Shown here: positions 23,829 through 33,249 of the stretch, piece by piece
Layout of the letters: each line of letters opens with the position of its first letter
How positions within the stretch are numbered: the first letter of the stretch is position 1
Origin: Eledone cirrhosa
Lineage: Eukaryota
Assembly (NCBI GenBank): GCA_964016885.1
Contig: OZ024741.1
Coordinates: 276,148,001-276,212,000, forward strand
Length of the DNA stretch: 64,000 nt
Direction: 5' to 3'
The notes under the pieces: model-generated
Told to the model about the DNA's origin: nothing
The model's input: only the letters and a program-made list of their open reading frames with translations
Databases searched by the model: none
Position numbers and translations under genes: made by a program

Positions 23829-25071
23829 TAATATACAATAATGATTATTGTATATAATCCTTACTGTATATTATTTTATGTTATGTACGTACAGGGTTTT
23901 TTATATATATATGTGCCACCCACGCTAAGAGATTAGTGCAGGGATATTGTGCTGCCGTAACATTTATGCATATTGTGCAGGCACCTTCGGACTCACACCA
24001 CCACGTGATCGGGTTGGGTCAAAGCCTCAAAAGCGTTGTCTCATACAATACTGTGTGCACCATCTGTGCAGCGGTGCATGGGAAGAACAATGAGGGGGTA
24101 CTCATCAAGTATATGCCTTCGGTGTGGGAGCACGCAGGTGCATATATGTATGTGTGTCCACACAGACATGCATGAGCACAAGTGTGCGCATGCCTGGGTC
24201 GATGTATTTGTCTGAGCATGTCTGCGTGGGGGTACGGATGACTTTCCGTGGATTTTTCTTTTCTCATCTGTCTGTATATGTGCGGCATCTTGGCTATGCG
24301 CGCTCCCCGGAGTCCAGTGTGTGAGTGTAGAATTGGGTCTATTTGTTGAAAACACCTTTGATATAGCCCTTCTGTTTGAAAGGCTGTTGAAAGCTTTCAT
24401 TTAAAAACGTTCTTAATACAGGTTTTTTCTTTTTCTTTTTGAAATATGTATGGTGGAGTGTATCCTAAGGCTGTGTCCTACAAATGTTATTCTAAATATC
24501 CCTATGATTTGTTTTTTAAAAAATTCCCTCCAAACATTATTTACAATGACTGCCGCATACAGCATAATTGCGAGTATGTACCTGACCGCTGTAGACTAAG
24601 GTGCCTAAGGGCAATGAAGACGTCGAAGTGATGCCAACCGTTCAAGATTACAGCCCCTTTCCCACCACAGTAGTAATTCTGATATATGAGAAAATTTTGG
24701 TTGACAGGTGGAGAACGAGAGGAAGCAAGAAGTGGACAACCATGAGTGGCTAGAAATACCGATGGCGTGTACAATTCTTGACCAATGGAATGACAACAAC
24801 AGGATCTAAATCAACAAAATAGAATTGGTGTTCTGAAATAGCGATGTATACATGAATATATATATAGTATCAACAGTATGAAACAGATCTGTCAGCTTAT
24901 CTCCCTTTGTTTGTTGAAAAAAGAAGTGATATAGTCATTACTTTAAAATAATAGCGCAAGGTCTTCAAAATGTTTTTAATTAAGCATACAGTATATTGCC
25001 AAATATACTATATATATATTCATGTATACATTGCTATTTCAGAGCACCAATTCTAATTATATATATATATA

Positions 25072-25658
25072 TCGGTGAATCCATACGTACATATATATAT
25101 GTGTGCATGTATGTATATATATATACATACTACTGTACGTCTGTATACATATATGTATGTACGTGTACATACTTAAGTAACAGCCGTACTAAGAGTGGGA
25201 AATGAAATTTCGTTTCATTTTTTCCGTTTATCGTTTTCGGTGCACTCGGCCGATTAAACCACTCGATATGCAAATTGGGCTACTCAGCCATTAATATGCA
25301 TAAGGAAAGTATATACTTTCAGACGTTCAACAATCTGGCAGGAAGGTATACGTTGCTGACGATAGCTAATAAGCTTGAAACTAGTACAGCGTTCTTTTGT
25401 CAGTGTTGAACAAACGAGCAACGATGGTTGCTAGACACTACGGTTTATACGGGATGTTTGTTTACAAACACACCGAGCATTATAATAAATGTTCGGTGAA
25501 TCCATACGTACATATATATATGCGTGCATGTATGTATATATATATACATACTACTGTATGTCTGTATACATATATGTATGTACGTGTACATACTTATATT
25601 TAAGTAACAGCCGTACTAAGAGTGGGAAATGAAATTTCGTTTCATTTTTTCCGTTTAT
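25072..25658 (+). mobile_element. ~421-bp unit plus ~165-bp direct partial repeat containing a hammerhead (retrozyme or Penelope pseudo-LTR-like)
   Basis: 25072-25231 repeated at 25493-25658; embedded in (TA)n. Confidence 0.75.
25350..25392 (+). ncRNA. Minimal type I hammerhead ribozyme, canonical core
   Basis: ACGTTG-CTGACGA-tAGCT aata AGCTt-GAAA-CTAG-TA-CAGCGT; palindromic ACTAGT stem III, GUA cleavage site. Confidence 0.82.
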
Positions 25659-25672
25659 ATATATAATATATA

Positions 25673-25711
<39 letters not shown>

Positions 25712-25881
25712 TTCAGGTTTGAGGTTCACCACTGTATAGAGCTGGTCTATTCCGTATGGTCAATCGTAATGTAATCGAGGACGACCGGCTAAGGTAGAGG
25801 GCGCAAGATAGCGGTCGCCCTCGGGTCCTCGATTTTCAGCCCCATGGATTTTATCTATTACATTCACTTATTATATTTCGA

Positions 25882-25939
25882 ATACCTGATGATATCACCG
25901 GATTCATACGGAACCCGGTCATTGAAATGATCATAGTAT
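25882..25939 (+). ncRNA. Type I hammerhead ribozyme, canonical core, long stem II
   Basis: ATAC-CTGATGA-tatcACCGGaTTC atacg GAAcCCGGTcatt-GAAA-TGATCA-TA-GTAT; palindromic ATGATCAT. Confidence 0.75.
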
Positions 25940-25990
25940 AATAAACCTTTCAAGGATTTACACAAATCCAGCCTCCTGTCATTTCATTTC

Positions 25991-26028
<38 letters not shown>

Positions 26029-26033
<5 letters not shown>

Positions 26034-26397
26034 GATATTAATAAATGGAAACTATATTTATAAAACCATATTTATTTCATTATACATATTTCAGGGATAC
26101 CAAATTTCTCTCTCTCCAATATTTCTCCACGTTTTTTCTTTCTCTCTCTCCGTCTTTTTCTAATTGTCCTTAACACTATGACTTATTAAAATAATATAAA
26201 CAACTCACTATCCAGATGGCTTCCAAAAATAATGGTTGCATTTTAATAGGGTACGTCAAAGCTTATTTGTAAAACTGTTATATATTGTATTTTGTCTGAT
26301 GAAGGCATACCATAATTTAATTTGGTATCCCTGAAATATGTATAATGAAATAAATATGGTTTTATAAATATAGTTTCCATTTATTAATATCGTATAT
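26029..26397. mobile_element. Penelope-like pseudo-LTR with inverted partial copy
   Basis: 26029-26106 is the reverse complement of 26319-26397; homologous to 18700-18890. Confidence 0.75.
26288..26352 (+). ncRNA. Type I hammerhead ribozyme, canonical core
   Basis: TATTTTGT-CTGATGA-AGGcATACCA taatttaatt TGGTATcCCT-GAAA-TATGTA-TA-ATGAAATA. Confidence 0.75.
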
Positions 26398-27439
26398 CTA
26401 CTCCAAATACTTGTCGAGTGCTTTATATCAGTTATAAAAATATTTACTTGTTGTATCCCAACAATTTTAAATAGAACTTTTGCATATATATATATATATT
26501 ATATATATATATATATATATAATCCTTGCCATGTACGGCCGATTGTCACACTTGGTGGTGAATTGATGGTCATTTAATCGATAAAGTTCCAGTCCTGTGA
26601 AGGAGGACCTAATTCAACAAGCAAATAGCGTAGATTAAGCCATATACTGCTTAGGATTTACAAAAGGAACAAATTAATTAAAAGAAGAAAAAAAACGAAA
26701 GACATGCATACTACAAGGGCAGACGGTGTTGTATTCTAAAACTTATAGAGACAAGCATGATAGACACAGGCATGATAGCGTCGCTAAGGTCCTGGAATAG
26801 CTAAACGCCCTCAAGAGCATTATACAAATATTATTAAAATTTAGCATTGTTACATTTTGCCACGTTGATTTTACCCGAGAATAGCACAGGAAGTACAAGT
26901 GTCCGTGGAATACTCAGCCACCTATATGTTAATTTGACGAGTTGAATGGCAATCGTTAAGACTGACGGAAGCTCCACTACGTTAACGATCGATCTCTTAA
27001 AAATTATAGTCGAATCTTAACAAACTGCCTTGGGGGGGGGGGGGGGGGCTGTCGTCGTTGTCGGGACTTCTAGTGTTGACTGTCCCATAAACTGTCGTTT
27101 CCCCTTCACAATTAGGAAGAGTGCATCCCGCTGGAGATAGGACCCCGTGAGATGGAGCGGGTAATGGCTGTTTTCCGCGACAATTTGGTCCACGGAGGCA
27201 CAACTGAGATATATACCCCCTAGACAGGGTTGTAGAGTTTGCCTCTCCCTTCCCGCCAGTTTTTCGTTTTCTTTCGTTATTTAATTTTTTTCTCTTCCTT
27301 CTTGTTTAATTACAAACATATAATTTAATTGAAATGGGTTAAATTGATACCTTTTTTCAATTTTCCTCAAATTACACATCACACCCCTTCGACTAGGAGA
27401 CAAAAACTAGAAAATGCAATTCTACGTGTACAAGCATAC

Positions 27440-27622
27440 AGTGAAACTTGAAAGCACTACTCCAACGTCTTATCCTCAAGCATAGTTACGTCCCTTTACT
27501 ATCTGAGTTCAAATCCCGCCGTGGTTGACTTTGCCTTTCATCTTTACGGGATCGATAAAATAAAGTACCAGTAATGCACTGGTGTATTGCTGGCCTTGTG
27601 CCTAAAGTAGAAACAATTATTA
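27440..27622 (+). mobile_element. tRNA-derived SINE (Nin/Deu-like)
   Basis: GAGTTCAAATCCCGCC...GCCTTTCATCTTTACGGGATCGATAAAATAAAGTACCAG...AACAATTATTAT. Confidence 0.8.
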
Positions 27623-27954
27623 TCTGTGGTAAAGCCACAAGTTTATTGGCTTGTCTCTAAACTTAGAAGGAAACTTTAAACTCTCCTTTTGTAGCATGTG
27701 AGTGTGTATGTCTTCTCGTTTTCTTGCTTTCGTTTTAGTCTGATTTTTCCTTTGTAAATAGAATAAAATTTTATTCACAGTTGTATAAATAACATAAATT
27801 GCTCGCAATTCTTTCAATATAACGTCGTTGATAAACAAATATAAACGCTTAAAAGAGAGAGAAAAATAAATTAAAAAAAGAGGCGAAACAAAAACGACTA
27901 TCAATTCACCACCAAGTGCGACAATCGGCCGCACATCACATCATAAGGGTCAAT

Positions 27955-28160
27955 GGAACACTTTGGGGCCAGCCAACACGTTCGCAACATTACCACGAGT
28001 GATAGCGAGGCTAAGGCGCTGAAACAACCAGGCACCCCCAAGGCCATCACCTGATACTTTAGTAAGGCGAGCCGTCAGTGATGGCAAGAACTTTGCTGTC
28101 AGCGGCCCAACTCCACCAACATCTCGAACACCATAGGCTAAAATCGTATATCACCCGTCG
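27955..28160 (-). mobile_element. CRE-clade non-LTR retrotransposon C-terminal (RLE) relic
   Basis: RF*PMVFE/GGVGPLTAKFLPSLTARLTKVSGDGLGGAWLFQRLSLAITRGNVANVL, matching the CRE-type QRxSxAIxRGN terminus. Confidence 0.7.
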
Positions 28161-28558
28161 CGTGTTGGGTCGCCTCCAAAAATATTAGTGGGTGGCTCCG
28201 GCACCCGTAGTGGTGTGTAACCGAAGGCATTAATATTTTCTTTCGTTTTGATTTTATATTTTTATGTTAAATATTTATTTAACATAAAAATAAAATGTTT
28301 TTTCTCAATACATGTGTTTCACTCACAAAGTTGGCTTTAAAACCATTGATAATTACATAAATATGAAAAAGAAAGATAAAAACAAAATTAAGTAATGAGA
28401 AAAAGGGGAAGGGATAAAAAAAAAGGGCAGATCTGGCTGTATGGGAAAGTAGAGGAAAGAACTATAAATGCCATAAATGAGTATGTATATTTTCATTCTA
28501 TAAGAATTATAAATGAAAATTATATTAATAAATAAAATTAGTTCTACTACTGTCTTAC

Positions 28559-28610
28559 CTCCCAGTTCGGCGTTAATACCGGATTCAATATTCTCCACAC
28601 AAACTTCCAT
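28559..28610 (-). CDS. CUTC: CutC first coding exon (MEVCVENIESGINAELG)
   Basis: ATG at 28610, donor GGAG|gtaaga, phase 1; corresponds to human MEVCVDSVESAVNAERG; in-frame TAA 63 nt upstream. Confidence 0.95.
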
Positions 28611-28804
28611 GTGTTTTGTTACTGTTGTTGTTGTATTAGAGGGAGGCTCTGGCTTTTTATCGAAATAAACTTAAAACATGTTTACATGTAATTTTGAGAA
28701 ATTAACGTAACAGGGGAGACAACTGTGTGTTGCTTAATAAGACGAATCAATTAACAGAAACGGTAGAGCGCTGGTTAAACTTGCTCGCGGTGGAATGTAA
28801 GCAA

Positions 28805-28970
28805 ATGGACATCCGTCGGTTTCAACGATGAGTGCTCCTGCTGTTCGATCAACGGAGCATCCTGCTCGTGAAATTATCGAGCAAGTGGCTGAGTATTCCA
28901 CAGTTGTGTGGCCTTAACAAAAATTCTCAGGGAGATTCAGCGTGACAAAATTAGCCTTTTGAATTTCGAG
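28805..28970 (-). mobile_element. SINE 3' fragment in the presumed CutC promoter region
   Basis: CCTGCTCGTGAAATT...GTGGCTGAGTATTCCACA...GGAGATTCAGCGTGAC; same family as 56380-57230. Confidence 0.7.
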
Positions 28971-29789
28971 TAGTAGTAGGACATCAACAATAAAACAAGA
29001 CGAAGGCAGCAGCAGATATATTCATCTCCAAAATGTGAGGCCTTACACCTGTGTTGTTGGACCGGACCTCTGTTGATTTCAACAAATGTTCCAGTTGTTG
29101 GAACAATGGAACTACCTTGTACTGCGCCCGAGCACTGTACACAATAATTTCATTATTAAGTCAAGATAGGTTATAGTCATCAGTGTGTGTACTGTTTAAA
29201 AATATATAATAGATTTCTTCTTTCTTTTACTTGATGGGACTGGGGGGGGGGGGGTCATGCTAGGTCAGTGATCCCAGAGGCATCATCATGTGTAGAGCTG
29301 ATCAGGTCCACCAGTGCCCTCCATCGCTGGCAGTCCTGCATCCTCCAAGATGACGTTAAGCCTCTAGAGATCTTCCTTAATTACATCAAGCTATCTGATG
29401 CGGGGTCTCTTCCAACTTGTAGCTGCTGCCTCGAATGAGAGTGAATATGATAGATTTACAGAACAAAAATATTTAATGATGGGACACATGTTATACAGCG
29501 GTGGTGCTCTACTGATATTTTAAAAACATTCTCATCATCGTCATCATCACTTTCCCTGCTGGCAAGGGATGACTGGGTCTACATAGATCAAGTCAGTACT
29601 GAAGTGTTGGTTACTGATCTCTCAGACAGGGCAGGGATCTGTCGTCTTGCTTATTGTATGAAAAGTAATTTGGTAATATTACTATTTCAAAATAAAATAT
29701 GTTGCCAGGGAAAGTAGACATATGTTGATTGACATACTGACACAGAAACACTGTTTTGTGATGAGATTACGTGCTTTTACTTAAATTAT

Positions 29790-30292
29790 GGACATGACAG
29801 CCTCCCTAGTATTGGTGCCTACATGATAAACATACCCACTGCACTCTGTAAAAAGGTTGGTGATAGGAAAGGCATCTAGCCACGGATAGCTTGCTAAATA
29901 AAGGGCTACGAGGACCCCTCAGGCATGTCAAGGCATGACAGCCTCCCTAGTATTAGTGATCTACACAATAAACACACCCAGTACACTCAGTAAAGTGATT
30001 GGTGATAAGAAGGGCATCCAACTGTAGAAGGCGTGCCAAACAAAAGGTTGGGAGACGATAGCCTTTCTAGTGTTGGTGATCTACATGATAAACACACTCG
30101 GTACACTCTGTAAAGTAGTTTCTGATAGGAAGGGCATCCAGTCGGAAAGCTTGCCAAACAAAGGGTTGAGAGGACCCTCAGTTAAGTCAAAGCCATGACA
30201 GTAGAACATGAGATTACATCAGCGAGGGTAGATACATCCAACCCTTGCTACCAGGGAAAGTGTATGTTAAACAATGATAATGATAATGATGT
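29790..30292 (+). mobile_element. SINE 3' segment repeated three times, ending in an RTE-type tail
   Basis: (ATGACAGCCTCCCTAGTATTGGTG...ACACTCTGTAAA...GGAAGGGCATCC) x3, then GTTAAACAATGATAATGAT. Confidence 0.7.
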
Positions 30293-30499
30293 TTCCCAAA
30301 TATTTATAATTTTTGTTTCTGAAAAGCTTCTTCATGCTGTAAATAAAAGGACTGACCTAGGGAAGAACATCATTCTTTTGATAGTAAATACCTTTTTTTA
30401 TCATACAGTAGACTATAATGCACAGAATTCTTCACAAATTATGCCATCATCCTATACACATGTATGTGTGTATATATATTAGCATATAGACAGTATGCC

Positions 30500-30786
30500 T
30501 CCACCCAACTCCCACTATAAAGTGGTCGTGTAGGTGTCACAACAAAAAAAGGACCGAGCCCTCACAGTAAAGTGGTCGTGTAGGTACCACGGTAAAAAGC
30601 ACCCAATACTCACTGTAAATGAGGTTGGTGTTAGGAAAGGCATCCATCTGTAGAAATCAAGCCAAAATCAATTCTGTATGAGCAAGACATGGTCACCTGA
30701 CCTGACATTGCTCACAACAGGACAACTCATCTAACTCATGCTAGCATGGAAGAATGGACGTAAAATGGTGATGGTGATGATGATGA
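30500..30786 (+). mobile_element. RTE LINE 3' UTR fragment
   Basis: Two to three ~47-bp units (AAAGTGGTCGTGTAGG) plus CATGCTAGCATGG and (GAT)n. Confidence 0.85.
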
Positions 30787-31164
30787 TTTGTGTATATATA
30801 TATATGTGTGTGTGTGTGTATATTATATATATATATAAGGAAAATGATTTTAAAAGGATTAGAAAAGCACACCTGGTATATAAATGATCTTTATAACATG
30901 TACAAAAGTTGATGTTAGCAAAACCTACTTTCTCCATTTTGGATTATCATAACATTTGTTATTAGGTTAAATTGACCTTTTGTTAAAACACCTGCATGCT
31001 GATTCTCGGTATGTAAATATCTACTAATATATAATACCCTCGTGTATTTGTCCGTCACACACTAAAGATGACTGAGGAAGGAGGGATGGCAGCATCTAAT
31101 ATTCGCTACACCTGTGTGTGTCTATATGTATAGCGAATTGGCTACACATTGGTTGTTATGATTC

Positions 31165-31562
31165 TTGCCTAAGTACAAAGTGAAACCTACAGTCAGTAGG
31201 CACCTCTTAATCAAATATACACCCCCTTCCCACTACCCCAACTTCCCCATCAACACCACCCCTTTCTCTGTAAAGTTATGTTGGTACCACAACATCCAGT
31301 CCTAAATAAATGAGGTCACGAATAAATGTAGGTGTCACGACAAAAAAACACACAGTCCACGCTGTAATGTGGCCGTGTAGGTAACATGGTAAAAACCTCC
31401 CAGTCCACACTGTAAACGTGGTTGGTGTTAGGAAGGGCATCCAGCCATAGAAAACCTGCCAGACAGTCCTATACGAGTGAGACGACCAATCTTGCCTCAA
31501 GTGGGACAATTCCCGTCTAAACCCATGCTAGCGTGGAAGATAGACGTTAAACGATGATGATA
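31165..31562 (+). mobile_element. RTE LINE 3' UTR (reverse complement of 57975-58365)
   Basis: CCTAAGTACAAAGTGAAACCTAC...GACGTTAAACGATGATGAT. Confidence 0.88.
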
Positions 31563-31916
31563 TGTGTGTGTTTGTGTAAATTACATTTATATATAAAATT
31601 TGTGTGAGTGTATATGTATTTGTGTGTGTTTATTTAGAAAGATACATAGACAATAGGATTACAAACACACACGCATCTACACATAGATATATATATATAA
31701 ACAGACACATTTAGAAAAAATTATGATATACACATATCTATGTGATGACTGAGGAGGGAGGAGAAACTATAGAAGTCCAGTGTTCTAAGATTGTATGTTT
31801 GTATGTTTGTATCACTAGTGTGACTGAGCATGAAGGAACCAACCAACAAACAAACATTTCTTTTTTTTATATTATGTATAGATATTACAATTAACCGTCA
31901 TTTTTTACGACACAGA

Positions 31917-32185
31917 GCCAGCTAATATATATAATATAGCCATAAGCCATTGCCATACTTGGCCAGCTAATATATATAATATAGCCATAAGCCATTGCCA
32001 TACTTGGCCAGCTAATATATATAATATAGCCATAAGCCATTGCCATACTTGGCCAGCTAATATATATAATATAGCCATAAGCCATTGCCATACTTGGCCA
32101 GCTAATATATATAATATAGCCATAAGCCATTGCCATACTTGGCCAGCTAATATATATAATATAGCCATAAGCCATTGCCATACTT
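31917..32185. repeat. 45-bp tandem repeat x6
   Basis: GCCAGCTAATATATATAATATAGCCATAAGCCATTGCCATACTTG, identical copies. Confidence 0.95.
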
Positions 32186-32247
32186 TTTTCTCTTTTACAA
32201 GAGTTTCACAAAAGATAAACAACGCAATAATCAAAATTTAACGAGAG

Positions 32248-32253
32248 TTTATT
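32248..32253 (-). terminator. Candidate UFD1 polyadenylation signal AATAAA
   Basis: About 80 nt downstream of the stop, followed by U/GU-rich sequence. Confidence 0.55.
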
Positions 32254-32331
32254 CAACTAATGAAGTTGCAGTCATTAGGCTTTTTTTTTTTTGCAATGTG
32301 AAAATAAAACAATACAATAATAAATAAGATT

Positions 32332-32391
32332 TCACTTTGTAAGGACTTCACCAGTTCCTGAGAAAGCTTCAAATTTAAACTTCATAACCTG
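32332..32391 (-). CDS. UFD1: UFD1 terminal coding exon (QVMKFKFEAFSGTGEVLTK*)
   Basis: ttttttcttattttcag|CAGGTT...AAGTGA; phase 0; second SHP box FxGxGxxL as in human FVAFSGEGQSL. Confidence 0.88.
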   Translation of the reverse strand, partial: QVMKFKFEAFSGTGEVLTK

Positions 32392-32569
32392 CTGAAAATA
32401 AGAAAAAACAACTATTTATATATATGTATGTATAGAGCCGTAATTTATATATATGTATATATAGAGCTGTAACTTGGAGATAAAGAGTCGTAATTTATAT
32501 ATATATGTATAGAGCCATAATTTATATATGTAGTTATAGAGCTGTAATTTATATATATATGAATGTATG

Positions 32570-32978
32570 TATGGTATATTTGGCAATATGCTATCAGTTT
32601 TAAAGTAGTGACTATGTCACTTTTTTTTCGGCGAAAGAAGGGAGAGAAGCTGATAGTCTGTTTCACGCTGGTTGGCGTTCATCAGAGCCACGCACTCCCC
32701 TGCATCTGCCGAAAATTATAGAAGCTGGATTCTTATAGAATTCCAGTAATAATCAGGAGCTGATTATACAGAGCGATCGCCGGTCCAGCAAAAATTAGGT
32801 ATTAAGATTGGTGCTCTGAAATAACGATGTTTACATGAGTATATGTATAGTATATTTGGCAATATACCATATGCTTAATTAAAAACATTTAGAAGACCTT
32901 ACGCTATCAGTTTTAAAGTAGTGACTATGTCACTTCTTTTCAGCGAAAGAAGGAAGAGAAGCTGTCAGTCTGTTTCTA
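32570..32978. repeat. Unclassified interspersed repeat, internally duplicated; inverted homolog at ~24820-25060
   Basis: GCTATCAGTTTTAAAGTAGTGACTATGTCAC occurs twice; reverse-complement similarity to 24870-25010. Confidence 0.6.
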
Positions 32979-33249
32979 CATGTATAGAGCCATAATTTAT
33001 ATATATATGTATAAAGCCATAATTTATATATATATAGAGAGCTGTAACTTATATATGTATTTATATAGTTGTAATTTATATATATATATGTATGTATAGA
33101 GCCATAACTTATATATGTATTTATAGCGTTGTAATTTATATATATATATATGTATAGAGCCGTAATTTATATATGTATATATAGAGCCTTCCTTATATAT
33201 ACACACTGAAGCATATATACAGTATGCCATGCCCCGCCCACCTTTCCAC

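Larger units (their letters stand above)
22490..24800 (-). mobile_element. Fragmented Penelope-like relic interrupted by SINEs and microsatellites
   Basis: Hammerhead core at its left end; weak CxxC (GACTICIN) and GIY-YIG-like (NVYMIYMG) remnants. Confidence 0.4.

Noticed and set aside
31068-31200. CTGAGGA...GAAAC...GTC as a hammerhead
   Set aside because: No stem I or II pairing; the GAAAC part belongs to the RTE 3' UTR
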